The translations under genes were made by a program, and so were the position numbers. Below the pieces are notes generated by a model. That model made no database searches, was not told the origin of the DNA, and saw only the letters and a program-made list of their open reading frames with translations. A DNA stretch of 44,661 nt, taken from positions 12,319 to 56,979 of the forward strand of contig PBPU01000032.1 of the NCBI GenBank assembly GCA_002724825.1, in the 5' to 3' direction. The DNA is from Acidimicrobiaceae bacterium. Lineage in GTDB: Bacteria; Actinomycetota; Acidimicrobiia; Acidimicrobiales; UBA8592. This document shows positions 28,068-38,900 of the stretch, in pieces. How positions within the stretch are numbered: position 1 is the stretch's first letter; every line of letters begins with the position of its first letter.

Positions 28068-29411
28068 TCATACTCCAGAAACCATTATGTCATTAACGAC
28101 AATCGAAACTCCTGATGATTTCATTGGGAGCCTCTCCAAATCATTTCCTATATTTTGGATATCCAAAAGCATCCTTTGCAAAGTAGACGCTACCGTTACT
28201 TCTCTAACAGGTTCTGCTAGATCACCTTGCCGGATCATAAGGCCTTCAGCGCCAGCAGAGAAGTCACCGCTGACAGGATTAACCCCTGAATGTAAACCTG
28301 CTACTCCTTGGATAAGCATCCCTTCTCCAACTTGTGCAATTAATTCTGGCTGGCTGTGTACTCCTGGAGTCAGCATAAGAGCCAACGGTCCTGCGCCTGG
28401 CGAGCTGTTATAGCTTCGAACAGCTGAACCTGTAGATGATGCACCTAATGCTCGCGCCGTATAGCTGTTGTGAAGAAATCCTCTTAATGCACCTTTGTCA
28501 ATTAAAGTATTTCTGCGGCTTGCTAAGCCCTCGCCATCTGCTTCAGTTGCAGTAAAAGCGTCAACATCAGTTGGATCATCTATAAGAGTAAGAAAGTTCG
28601 GAGCTACTTGGTCACCTTCCCGATCTGCGAAAAGTGATCTTCCTTTAAGAAGAGCCTCCCCGCTTAATGTTGATCCGATGATTCCTAGAAATTGGGCAGT
28701 GACATATGGGTCTAAAATGACCGTCATTCGCCCAGACTCGGCTTTTTTAGCGCCTAGTAGCCTTGTTGCTTTCTCTGTCGCATCAGAACTAGCTTTAGCA
28801 ACATCTAGTTGCGTAGGGCTCCTGCCAACAGAATATCCAAATCCTGTCTGGGTATCTGTTCCATCTGAAGCTAATGATGACGCTGCAACGTAGCACCCAC
28901 CTTCTTGATTAGCTCGGTGGATCCCAGTTGAAGTGACAATTGCACTTGTAGTAATCGAATCAACATAATCTGTTGACTCAACTCCGATTATTCTCGGATC
29001 AGACTGAAGAATTGAACTTTCAAGTTCAATCGCCAAAGCGATTTTGTCCTCATTAGCAAAGTCAGCAAGGGATGAATCCAGAAGTTCCAAAGAGACTGAT
29101 TCAACTCCATCAGGTTCTGCAATGCCCTGGAATTCATCAGGGGTTCCGAAAGAAGCGTTGTCCCTCGCTTCCTCTAATGTCTCATTTAGGACATTGGTAT
29201 CGAACGAACCGGCATAGGCCATACCCTGACGGCCATCCTGAACAACACGTATCCCTACACCCTGCGACTCAGCAGCTGTAAACGATTCAATCTCGCCTTG
29301 ATAAACCCTAATATCTGTTTCTGTACCGTGGACAGCAACAACTTCAACCTGTTCGCCAGCAACTGTCTGACTCACAATGGCTTCGGCAATTTTTAATAGT
29401 TCTGATTGCAT
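28068..29411 (-). CDS. pmbA: TldE/PmbA family protein
   Basis: G.GIRV, GRSLF, L.LIDDP, D.EG and SGVNPVSGDFS.GAEG..I..G...PV; lacks the HExxxH motif. Confidence 0.88.
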   Translation of the reverse strand: MQSELLKIAEAIVSQTVAGEQVEVVAVHGTETDIRVYQGEIESFTAAESQGVGIRVVQDGRQGMAYAGSFDTNVLNETLEEARDNASFGTPDEFQGIAEPDGVESVSLELLDSSLADFANEDKIALAIELESSILQSDPRIIGVESTDYVDSITTSAIVTSTGIHRANQEGGCYVAASSLASDGTDTQTGFGYSVGRSPTQLDVAKASSDATEKATRLLGAKKAESGRMTVILDPYVTAQFLGIIGSTLSGEALLKGRSLFADREGDQVAPNFLTLIDDPTDVDAFTATEADGEGLASRRNTLIDKGALRGFLHNSYTARALGASSTGSAVRSYNSSPGAGPLALMLTPGVHSQPELIAQVGEGMLIQGVAGLHSGVNPVSGDFSAGAEGLMIRQGDLAEPVREVTVASTLQRMLLDIQNIGNDLERLPMKSSGVSIVVNDIMVSGV

Positions 29412-29419
29412 TGATGCCC

Positions 29420-30811
29420 CTAGCCGGCGGTACCGCCAACAGTGAGACTAGTGACGCGCAGTGTCGGCGTACCATCACCAACTGGAACGCCCTGACCATC
29501 TTTGCCACATGTCCCTGGGGAACCCATATCAAAGTCATTACCAAGTGCATCAATTTGATTCAGCACCTCGGGGCCATTCCCAATAAGATTGCCTTCTCTA
29601 ATCGGTTCCGTTATTTCACCATCTTCTATTAGATACGCTTCTGTCATGCCAAAAACAAAGTCTCCGGTCGCCGTATTAACTTGACCACCACCAAGTTGAG
29701 CTACATATACGCCTTTTGAGGTATCTTCAATAATGTCCTCAGGGTCAGTTTCACCATTTGCGATATAAGTATTAGTCATTCGAACCATGGGTAACACCTG
29801 GTAACTTTGCCTTCTCCCATTCCCGGAACTCAATCGACCTTCGCTACGTGATCGAAGTCCGTCCCACATATAATCGACCAACACACCGTCCTTAATAAGA
29901 ACGTTTCGCTGAGCCGGCCGGCCCTCATCATCTATTGCGAACGCCCCCCACTCATGTGCCATCGTCCCATCGTCAATTAACGTGACCAGCTCACTAGCCA
30001 CACTTTCCCCAACTTTTCCAGCAAAGACTGATGCTTGTTTGTTAACCAAATCTGCTTCAAGCCCATGGCCACATGCTTCGTGAAACAATACGCCACCGCC
30101 ACCGGAACCTATAACAACTGGCATAGTTCCACTGGGAGCAGGTCGGGCATTAAGCTTTGTCAAAGCTCTATGGGCTGCTCGCTCTGCAAGCTCTTCAACA
30201 TCAACATCATCAAACAGTTCAAACCCGATAGGCCTGCCAATGGACTCTCGACCTGTTTGCATTCCACTATCACCGGTCGCAACACAAGAAATAGAAAAGA
30301 GAGTTCGAACCTGATCGTCTGTAGCAAACACCCCGTCACTATTGGCGACAAGTATCTTACGGCGAGAATCCCCATATCTAGCAGAAACCTGTGTAATTGC
30401 GGCCCCTTGACTACGAGCGACTTCATCAGCTTGAACTAAAAGATTTACCTTCTTTCCCTTAGCGACTAACTCGGGAAATGTTTCAACCTTATTTGGAGAT
30501 GGACATACGACTTGTTCTAGGGCGTTGACTTGAGACCCAGCTCCATCTGTTCTGGTAGCTGAAGCTGCTGCTCTAGCAGCAATCATCAATCCCTCTTCTG
30601 AAAGGTCAGCTGTATGGGCAAAGCCAGTTGTCTCCCCAGCAACAACACGGATACCTGCTCCCCGGTCACGACCTGATGTCAACTCTTCGACTTTTGCATC
30701 ATCAAAAAGCGCTGAGCTAGAACGCTTATCCTCAACGAAAACTTCTGCAAATTCTCCACCAGACTTTAGAGCCTCGTTAAGAACTCTCTCTACTAAATTT
30801 TGTTCAAGCAT
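29420..30811 (-). CDS. tldD: TldD family metalloprotease
   Basis: LFHEACGHGLEAD, GNGRRQSY...P.VRMTNT, GGGQV..ATGDF and CGKDGQ.VPV. ATG 30811 follows a GAGGTG RBS. Confidence 0.93.
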   Translation of the reverse strand: MLEQNLVERVLNEALKSGGEFAEVFVEDKRSSSALFDDAKVEELTSGRDRGAGIRVVAGETTGFAHTADLSEEGLMIAARAAASATRTDGAGSQVNALEQVVCPSPNKVETFPELVAKGKKVNLLVQADEVARSQGAAITQVSARYGDSRRKILVANSDGVFATDDQVRTLFSISCVATGDSGMQTGRESIGRPIGFELFDDVDVEELAERAAHRALTKLNARPAPSGTMPVVIGSGGGGVLFHEACGHGLEADLVNKQASVFAGKVGESVASELVTLIDDGTMAHEWGAFAIDDEGRPAQRNVLIKDGVLVDYMWDGLRSRSEGRLSSGNGRRQSYQVLPMVRMTNTYIANGETDPEDIIEDTSKGVYVAQLGGGQVNTATGDFVFGMTEAYLIEDGEITEPIREGNLIGNGPEVLNQIDALGNDFDMGSPGTCGKDGQGVPVGDGTPTLRVTSLTVGGTAG

Positions 30812-30898
30812 ATGCACCTCGTGCTTTGAATAGTAACCGCTTTGTAGTGAGTTTGCCCCATCCGACAGACACGGCGCCTGTTTGCGTATGGTATTAGT

Positions 30899-31273
30899 AT
30901 GACCCTAGAACAAGGACTTAGCGCTTCTTTCGACTACAGCGTTAGAGAAGAGGATCTCTCAATCGCTTTGACATCCGGCGACGTTCCCGTTCTATCAACC
31001 CCAAGGGTAATTGCTTGGTGCGAAGCCGCGACAATGGCTGCTATTGAAGGTCATATTTCTGAGCAAGAAACCACTGTAGGGATGCGAGTCCGAGTAGACC
31101 ATGTCAACCCTTCCGGACTAGGTGCGATGATTCGTGTAAGTGCTCTGTTGACAAGAATCGATGGGCGAAGGTTAACATTTCAGGTAAGCGCTCACGATGA
31201 ACACTCACAAATAGCGATGGGACAGGTCATACGCGTAATTGTTCACCGGCAACGCTTCTTGGAGAGGGTCTAG
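30899..31273 (+). CDS. Hotdog-fold thioesterase, fluoroacetyl-CoA thioesterase (FlK)-like
   Basis: SGDVPVLSTP...AWCEAA and TVG....VDH..PS; the Thr/Glu/His triad pattern is present. Confidence 0.85.
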   Translation: MTLEQGLSASFDYSVREEDLSIALTSGDVPVLSTPRVIAWCEAATMAAIEGHISEQETTVGMRVRVDHVNPSGLGAMIRVSALLTRIDGRRLTFQVSAHDEHSQIAMGQVIRVIVHRQRFLERV

Positions 31274-31480
31274 TAAAGGCCTCAGAATAAACAACTTTTG
31301 AGAAAAGCCGGTTAACTACTAAGCGCTGAAAACGCACTATTTTCGGGCTTTTGGGGTTAAATTTCCGCAAGAAAGTAAAGAGAAGTGCACAAATCCGATA
31401 TATGGCTGCCAATGCGGAATAACCTATCAGTTGCTAGCAAATTACTTCCCACATCAACTCCTACCTAGCCGGACGCCTCA

Positions 31481-32512
31481 ATGAGTTACATTTACAGCCA
31501 ACCTCAACAGAACGATTCCATCCCATGGTGGAAACGTAACTCAGTAACAATCCCCCTTCGGATTGGATTAAGCGTTGCTCTTCTCATTGTGATCCTTCAA
31601 TCTATGGATGGAATAGACTGGGATGAGCTGATCCCAGAATGGAACCAGCAAACAGCTTTCTGGACTATCGGCGCTTTCATCTTCACGCTTATTGGCTTCA
31701 TACTTGGAGCGATTAGATGGCAAAGAGTCCTCCGAGCACTAGGGATAAACCAATCAATTTGGAGACTTTTCAGCCACTATATGGCGGGTCAATTTGTATC
31801 GAATTTCCTCCCAACAACAGTCGGCGGTGACGTCATCCGGATAGGAAGACTTACAAGGGATACGGATGATGGCCCAGTTAGTTTTACCTCAGTTGTCTTC
31901 GAACGTTTGAGCGGATGGCTCGTCCTCCCAGTAATCACCTTATTGGGCTTTGCAATTAATCCAGGGCTAACTGGCCTAGGAACATCAACTAGAGTTCCTC
32001 TTGTTGTTGCAATGGTGACACTTATCGCTTTAACCCTTGTGATTCTTTTACTAGGAAATAATCGAATAGGGAAAGGACTTCAGAATCGTCAAGGGCTCTT
32101 AAGATTCGCTAATGCAGTCCATTTAGGACTTGATCGGCTTAAAGAGAACCCGAAGTCTGCGCGTGAAGTAATCATTTCAGCTTTCGCCTATCAATTTGCT
32201 CTCCTTCTTGCTGCCGGATGCGCTGTCGAGGCGCTTGGAATTGATGAGGTAGGGCTAACCGCCTTAATGGCATTTATCCCTGCTGTACTGATAATCCAGG
32301 TTCTTCCCTTAGGGATTGGAGGCCTAGGGGTGAGAGAAGGAACTCTTGTCGTTTTCCTTAGTGGAATTGATGTATCAAACGAACAAGCACTAGCCCTTGG
32401 GCTTGCCCTTTACGCTTTGACCTTGGTCAACAGTTTTATTGGCTTACCGATGCTTATCTTTGGAGGGCGAAAAGTGCCTAAATCAAGCAACATTGAGCCA
32501 TCAAATCTCTAA
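31481..32512 (+). CDS. Lysylphosphatidylglycerol-synthase TM domain / UPF0104 flippase-like protein
   Basis: A.RW..VL, GQF.SNFLPTTVGGDV.R, ERL.G and LPL.IGGLGVRE. Confidence 0.85.
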   Translation: MSYIYSQPQQNDSIPWWKRNSVTIPLRIGLSVALLIVILQSMDGIDWDELIPEWNQQTAFWTIGAFIFTLIGFILGAIRWQRVLRALGINQSIWRLFSHYMAGQFVSNFLPTTVGGDVIRIGRLTRDTDDGPVSFTSVVFERLSGWLVLPVITLLGFAINPGLTGLGTSTRVPLVVAMVTLIALTLVILLLGNNRIGKGLQNRQGLLRFANAVHLGLDRLKENPKSAREVIISAFAYQFALLLAAGCAVEALGIDEVGLTALMAFIPAVLIIQVLPLGIGGLGVREGTLVVFLSGIDVSNEQALALGLALYALTLVNSFIGLPMLIFGGRKVPKSSNIEPSNL

Positions 32513-32513
32513 A

Positions 32514-33329
32514 ATGCGCGAAGAAAAACGCAGCCAAATACTCACCGTAAAAACAAAAAGGCCAGAATTAAACTGGTTTCGAGAACTGCTACTTATTGGA
32601 ATTTTCTATGCAATTTATTCCTGGGTTCGTAACCAATTTGGCTCAGCGGCCGTGGAACCTGGAACCGCGTTACGCAACGCACGACATATGATCGATCTCG
32701 AGCGTTTCGTCGGACTTTACATTGAAGCTGACATACAGGGATGGTTTTTGGGATGGGACCAATTTCTAAGGTTTTGGAATATCTTTTATGGGACCCTACA
32801 TTTTGTCGTAACACTTGGGGCTTTGCTCTATCTGTATATTCGGCAGCCAAATGCCTACCCGCGCTGGAGAACCATTGGGTTAACGACTACAGGGCTTGCC
32901 TTAATAGGTTTCGCTACCTATCCGTTAATGCCCCCTCGGCTCCTAGGAAATTGCGGAACGTATGGTGCATGCATCGAAAGTAGTCCATTCGTTGACACGG
33001 TTGCCGAGCTAGGTGGCTTATGGAGCTTTGACTCTGGAATGATGGAAAACCTTTCAAACCAATACGCTGCTATGCCAAGCCTCCACTTCGCGTGGGCTTT
33101 CTGGAGCTACCTAGCTTTAAAACCATTTACAAAGCGCCGAATATCCAGTACGGCTCTCGCCCTCTACCCCGTATGCACTCTTTTCGCTATTGTTGTTACT
33201 GCCAACCATTATTGGATTGACGCCGTCGGAGGTGGGCTAATCCTTTTAGCAGGATATTGGATCGGAAGTTCGCTGCAAAAATGGGCTGAATCACAAGCCA
33301 TAACAAAGTGTCACACGCCACATAGCTAG
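32514..33329 (+). CDS. PAP2-superfamily protein, Aur1/inositol-phosphorylceramide-synthase-like (PAP2_3)
   Basis: YG..HF, YPLMPPRL, NQYAAMPSLHFAW and TANHYWIDAVGG. ATG 32514 lies just after the upstream stop (32512). Confidence 0.85.
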   Translation: MREEKRSQILTVKTKRPELNWFRELLLIGIFYAIYSWVRNQFGSAAVEPGTALRNARHMIDLERFVGLYIEADIQGWFLGWDQFLRFWNIFYGTLHFVVTLGALLYLYIRQPNAYPRWRTIGLTTTGLALIGFATYPLMPPRLLGNCGTYGACIESSPFVDTVAELGGLWSFDSGMMENLSNQYAAMPSLHFAWAFWSYLALKPFTKRRISSTALALYPVCTLFAIVVTANHYWIDAVGGGLILLAGYWIGSSLQKWAESQAITKCHTPHS

Positions 33330-33394
33330 TTTGATTTTCTCTTAGGGAAATCAATAAAGAACTGCTAACGTAAAAACTTGAAACTAAGAAAGTT

Positions 33395-35239
33395 ATGCTA
33401 GAACAAATTACTTGCCCAGCAGATCTCCGGAGGCTCTCATCTTCTGAGTTGAAGAAACTGTCACAAGAAATTCGTTCGTTTATCGTTGACACGGTTGAAA
33501 CGAACGGCGGACATCTAGGGTCAAATCTCGGAGTCGTGGAATTAACAATTGCCCTTCATCGGGCGTTTGATTCGCCGCGTGATATTTTGCTCTGGGATAC
33601 GGGACATCAAGCATACGTCCATAAAATTCTCACTGGCCGTACCGAAAATTTTAGTTCACTACGCAAGGCCGGTGGGTTATCCGGTTACCCTAGCCGCGCT
33701 GAGTCTGATCATGATTGGATAGAGAATAGCCATGCATCGACAGCGCTAAGCTACGCTTTCGGAATAGCAGCTGCTCAATCAAGTAATGTGGGCGAAGGCC
33801 GAAGAGTCATTGCAATAGTTGGCGATGGCGCCCTCACTGGCGGGATGGCATTTGAAGGCCTTAACAACCTCGGACATGCGGGGAGTAACGTAATTATTGT
33901 CCTCAACGACAATGGTAGGTCATACGCTCCTACTATTTCACGCTTGTCAGATAGCCTCAAACGACTTCGAAATAACCCTAGATACCTAGAACAACAGGAA
34001 AAACTCGAAAGAAAAGTAAAAAATGTTCTTCCTTTCGGCGAATCAGTTGAAAAAGCTATAGAAGCAGCAAAAGCTGCGGTCAGGGAAATATGGGACCCAA
34101 CCTCATTGTTCGAAAATCTGGGGCTCCGCTACAACGGCCCTTTCGATGGTCATAACGTTGAGGAATTAGAGCGTGCGTTCCGAAACGCTGCTGATTTTGA
34201 CGGCCCCACAGTTATCCATGTGTTAACAGAGAAGGGGCGAGGGTATGGACCCGCTGAGAATGACCCAGTAAAGCGACTGCACGATATTGGAAATCCAAAA
34301 CCAGGAAGCTATACATCTGCATTTACTGAGGTTCTAATCAAAGAAGCGGAAAGCCGGGAAGATATCGTAGCGATCACTGCAGCGATGCCAGATAGTACGG
34401 GACTCCTACCGTACTCCGAGCGCTTTCCGGAGCGCTTCTTCGATGTTGGTATAGCTGAACAGCATGCGACTACAGCTGCCGCTGGAATGGCGATGTCTGG
34501 CCTTCGACCAGTTGTAGCTATTTATGCCACCTTTCTTAATCGGGCATTTGACCAAATCGCTTTCGACGTAGGGCTTCATGAACTTCCCGTAATTTTCTGC
34601 CTTGACCGCGCTGGTATAACTGGCCCAGATGGAGCCTCACATCATGGGCTGCTTGACATGATGTTGATGTCGAAAATCCCAGGTATGACCATCTTCGCTC
34701 CTTCCTCATATCAAGAACTGCAGCAAATGTTCCAAGATGCTTTGGAGATCACCGATGGCCCGGTTTGCATCCGCTATCCGCGAACTCCTGCCCCAACTGT
34801 CCACGAAACAGAAGTTGGTAGAGGTACGAATGCCCGCAAACTCCAAGATGGAAATGACGCTTGTATTCTTGCAGTCGGCAAGATGCTCGAACCTGCTCAG
34901 GAAGCTGCTAATGCTTTAAAGGAATATGGAATAGATTGCGGGGTATGGGACGTCCGCTGTGTTGCTCCACTTGATATTGCTATGCTCGAAGATGCCCATC
35001 GTCACCCTGTTGTTATAACTATTGAAGATGGAGTTATTGAAGGTGGCATTGGGGCTAACATCCAAAACAAACTTTCGAGACTAGAAGGGCGAGGCCCTAT
35101 CGTCCGAACTTTAGGGATTCCTTCTGCCTATGTACCTCAAGGTAATGCCGACGAAATCCTTTCAGAATTAGGTCTTGATTCCCAAGGAGTCACCAAAGAA
35201 GTCCTATCTTTGCGTGAATTTTTTCAGGGCGATAACTGA
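33395..35239 (+). CDS. dxs: 1-deoxy-D-xylulose-5-phosphate synthase
   Basis: GGHLGSNLG.VELT, WDTGHQAY.HKILTGR, GDGALTGG...EGLNN, NDN, IAEQHA, DRAG..GPDG.SH and IRYPR. Confidence 0.97.
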   Translation: MLEQITCPADLRRLSSSELKKLSQEIRSFIVDTVETNGGHLGSNLGVVELTIALHRAFDSPRDILLWDTGHQAYVHKILTGRTENFSSLRKAGGLSGYPSRAESDHDWIENSHASTALSYAFGIAAAQSSNVGEGRRVIAIVGDGALTGGMAFEGLNNLGHAGSNVIIVLNDNGRSYAPTISRLSDSLKRLRNNPRYLEQQEKLERKVKNVLPFGESVEKAIEAAKAAVREIWDPTSLFENLGLRYNGPFDGHNVEELERAFRNAADFDGPTVIHVLTEKGRGYGPAENDPVKRLHDIGNPKPGSYTSAFTEVLIKEAESREDIVAITAAMPDSTGLLPYSERFPERFFDVGIAEQHATTAAAGMAMSGLRPVVAIYATFLNRAFDQIAFDVGLHELPVIFCLDRAGITGPDGASHHGLLDMMLMSKIPGMTIFAPSSYQELQQMFQDALEITDGPVCIRYPRTPAPTVHETEVGRGTNARKLQDGNDACILAVGKMLEPAQEAANALKEYGIDCGVWDVRCVAPLDIAMLEDAHRHPVVITIEDGVIEGGIGANIQNKLSRLEGRGPIVRTLGIPSAYVPQGNADEILSELGLDSQGVTKEVLSLREFFQGDN

Positions 35240-35244
35240 TACTC

Positions 35245-35880
35245 TCAGTCGAAAAAGGGATTCTCTCCAGCTTCGTGATCTGTGAGATCTACGATTTCGG
35301 TAATCTCAGGGATAGCCTCGGCTATCATCACCTCGATCCCCTGACGAAGGGTTGCTGCAGACATAGCGCAGCCTTGACAACCACCACCCATTAAAATGTG
35401 GGCTACGGTCCCTTCCATTTTAACTAGCTCAGCGTAACCGCCATGAGCAGCCAGAGACGGGTTAATGTGCATATCAAGAAGCTGTTGGAGCTTCTCACCT
35501 ATCGACCCAGTCAGTTCTATGTCCTCCCCGTCAAGCATATTTGGTCGATTAGGATTCCGAATAACTAGACCTCCCTGCATAGGATTACTTGGGAGATCAA
35601 GGGTGGCCCCATTGAGATTTTCATAGCTTTCTTCAGGTACCAGAACTGTAAGGTCACCGATAGTCGAAATGACATCGTTGTCCAAGGCTTCGTCAATGCT
35701 CTCGAAGGAGAGATCATATGAGAATTCAGGGCCATTAATCCCAATTATTTGTACGCGTAATCCCAGCTTCTCTGGTTCATCCTCCTCTGACCTGGCCTCT
35801 AAAACCTTTTCAACTGCGGCGTCAGTAACTAGTAGCCCCTTTGCAGTATCTTCACTGGTTTCAATTTGGTCAATGGACAT
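35245..35880 (-). CDS. nfuA: NfuA-type Fe-S carrier (degenerate A-type domain + Nfu domain)
   Basis: Cys-free N-terminal HesB-like domain (VTDAA..KV, LRV, L.GATLD, NPN), then INPSLAAHGG, GGGCQGC, TLRQGIE and TDH..GENPFF. Confidence 0.82.
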   Translation of the reverse strand: MSIDQIETSEDTAKGLLVTDAAVEKVLEARSEEDEPEKLGLRVQIIGINGPEFSYDLSFESIDEALDNDVISTIGDLTVLVPEESYENLNGATLDLPSNPMQGGLVIRNPNRPNMLDGEDIELTGSIGEKLQQLLDMHINPSLAAHGGYAELVKMEGTVAHILMGGGCQGCAMSAATLRQGIEVMIAEAIPEITEIVDLTDHEAGENPFFD

Positions 35881-35979
35881 ATCAAAATAGTATCCAAATT
35901 ACGGCCAAGGGTTACAGCTTAGAAGGAATTTCACTCAAGATATCTCCGTCTTTGCCAGCGACGATCTACGGTACATAAT

Positions 35980-38900
35980 GTGGTCTCGATAAATTTCGAT
36001 TTAAATAAACACTTTAAATTGATTCGACGTTTGTCACTTGTTGCCCTTCTCATGATCGGGTTTACCTTAAGGGCCTGGAACATAAATTGGGATGAAGGAA
36101 CACACCAACACCCAGATGAGCGCTATTGGAGCATGGTCACAGAAGATATCTCTTGGCCTGGAAGCGGAAATTACTTTGATTCAGCCAACTCAACTCTCAA
36201 CCCATACAACCACCGCAGCACTTGGGTTTACGGAACATTTCCTCTCTTCATCACAAAGGCAACAGCTAACTACCTTGAGAAAGACGCACTAATTCCTAAC
36301 GCATTGGTTGATGCTGCAGACAAATTAGGCATTGGATTGAAGGAAACATCAGGTACGAATCTCACCTCGAAAGCATTCGATAGTGGCTATAACGCAAATT
36401 TAATTGGCCGACTTCTCTCTGCGATCATGGATACAGGCACAATCTTGATCGTATACCTACTTGGTCGAGAACTTTTTAACAGAAAAGTAGGATTTCTATC
36501 AGCCTTGCTACAAGCATTTACTACCCTTCATATCCAATACAGCCACTTCTATGGGGCTGAAACATGGGTGACGTTTTTCGCTGCTGTCACGGTACTGCTT
36601 TCGGTAAAGCTCTTTAAGACAATCCGTTTAGCAAACGACCAGAGCAAACTATTCAATCGAAGCGTATTACAACTAGCTCTCTTAATCGGGGTTGCATTCA
36701 GCCTTACTGTAGCTTCTAAATTCAGTGGTCTAGCAGTAGGCATAGTCCCTACAGTCGCAATTTTTTTATCCTTAGTAAACAAAGGAAAATCTAAAGAAGC
36801 CCCCAAAGCAGCCAGGGAGGCAGCAAAATTCTTGGGGCTTGCAATTTCGATTTTCGTCGTAGCATTTCTGTGTTTCAGGTTATTTCACCCTTATGCATTT
36901 AGCGGTTTTATTACTTTCGATGAAAGGTTTCTTTCAGATATCGGATACCTTCGATCTGTAAATTCCGGTGCCGATGTGCCTTGGGTTATCCAATGGGTAG
37001 GAATTACACCGCTATGGTTCCCGCTTAAGTCTATTTTCTGGCATGGTATGGGGCCAGCTCTTGCAATCGCAGTTGTAATCGGCCTTTGGTTTACTGTTTC
37101 TGAAATCATTAGAAAACGAAACTATGTGCTGATGATTCCTCTCAGTTTCGTCATAGTGATGATTGGACTTGTCAGTCAACAGTTCAATCCATTAATCCGT
37201 TATCTCCTTCCGGTATATCCAACAGCTGCAATCTTCGGCGGATTTGGTATCTACCGATTGTGGCACTGGGGGAAAAAGCAGAAGATTGTTTCTGGGAGTA
37301 AAGGCGCTCTTTATCGATTTAGCCAAGGAGTCTCTGTAATTCTTGTAGGCGGCACGCTCTTTTGGGGATGCGCTTTTGTAAATGGCATCTATAACGATAC
37401 TCACCCCCGAATATCTGCATCAGAATGGATTAATGAAAACGTAGCCTCAGGCTCGACTGTTACTCATCAAATTTGGGATGATCGGCTACCTCTATCTATA
37501 CCCGCCGTAACTCCAGTGCAGTTGAACTTCGTTGACCTTAATTTATTCAGATCAGACCGTTCCACTGATCAGGAATCCGGAAAATCTAAACTCGTTACTC
37601 TTGTAGATCAGCTTGAAACGACTGACTATATCATTGAAGCTAGTAATCGACTTTACAGCTCTATACCAAGGATTCCTGCTGAGTACCCAGGGACAACTTC
37701 TTACTACAGGGCTTTGTTCTCAGGTGAGCTTGGGTTTGAACTAGTTGCGGACTTTAGAAATTCCCCATCACTCTTTGGTTTGGAGATTAGTGACGCCAAC
37801 GGCGAGGAGACATTCACCGTTTATGATCATCCAAGAGTAACGATTTGGGAAAAAACGGATGGATGGTCTAGGTCGGAAGCTCTCAAAATCCTAAATCCAT
37901 TCCGCTCTATTCATGCACCTAATCTCGAGCCCAGGAGTGCTAACTCCAATGCTCTTCTCCTTAGGCCTTCTGAGAGTTCATCTCTCCACAGCAATAGCAC
38001 CTTTGATACTTCATTTTCGCGAGGTAGTTATTTGGAAGTTCCTAACTGGGTTTGGTGGCTGATCTGGCTACAGGTAGCTGCTTTTGCTGTATTACCGTGG
38101 TCTACTTTGCTATTTAGTCAGCTTGCGGATGCTGGATATGGTTTGACTAAGGCCATTGGGTTTATTTTGTCCGGCGCGCTTTTGTGGGTTTTTGTGGCGT
38201 GGGATGTAGTTGAATTCAACCAAACAACAGCTCTTGCAAGCGTGGCAGCGACTTTTTCTCTGGGGGTGGCTTGGTGGTGGGTACATCGTGATCGGCTACG
38301 GCAGCTTTTTTTCGAACACCGATCCGTATGGCTTATAAGTGAAATTGTTTTTTTACTTATCTTTGCGTTCCTGCTAATTCTGCGGTCATTTAACCCAGAT
38401 TTGTGGGACTCCTACCTCGGAGGGGAGAAGCCAATGGAACTCGGTTACCTGACTGCGATAGGGAGGTCAGCAGAGTTACCACCGTACGATCCATGGTTCT
38501 CAGGTGGTGCAATGAACTACTACTATTTCGGGTGGTTCCTAGTCGCCGTACCCATGCGCGCTTTGAAAATACTTCCAGAAGTCGCATTTCAGTTCGGGGT
38601 GGCAACGTTTGGTGCTCTGGTCGGAGTAACCATCTTTTCTCTTTTGTACAACCTTGTTAGATCGAGTGGAACATCAAAGCAGAGGCTTCTTCCATCGAAG
38701 GCAACCGCATTAAAAGCAGGAGTTCTGGGGGTATTCCTGTTTATGGGGTCGGGAACCTTCGATGCGCTTCGAGTGCACGCTAAACGCCTTCGTTCTGCAA
38801 ATACTTGGGAGTTTATGGACGGGTGGCCTATTCTGGGCGCCTTCTTCGAGGTGATCGGAGGATCATGGGCATGGATTACCGGAACTACTCTGACAAGGTT

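Noticed and set aside
28068-31273. TldD/PmbA as part of a RiPP cluster
   Set aside because: No precursor peptide, YcaO or other maturase, or exporter lies nearby; the pair is a widespread housekeeping protease.
31274-31480. Longest intergenic region, checked for a riboswitch, sRNA or small ORF
   Set aside because: No recognisable riboswitch consensus or stable structure was seen by eye, and the 31227-31412 ORF lacks support. An Rfam search was not possible.
33331-33354. AT-rich imperfect hairpin TTGATTTTCT-CTT-AGGGAAATCAA between the PAP2 gene and dxs
   Set aside because: It is weak, with wobble pairs and no U-tract; it cannot be supported as a terminator or operator.
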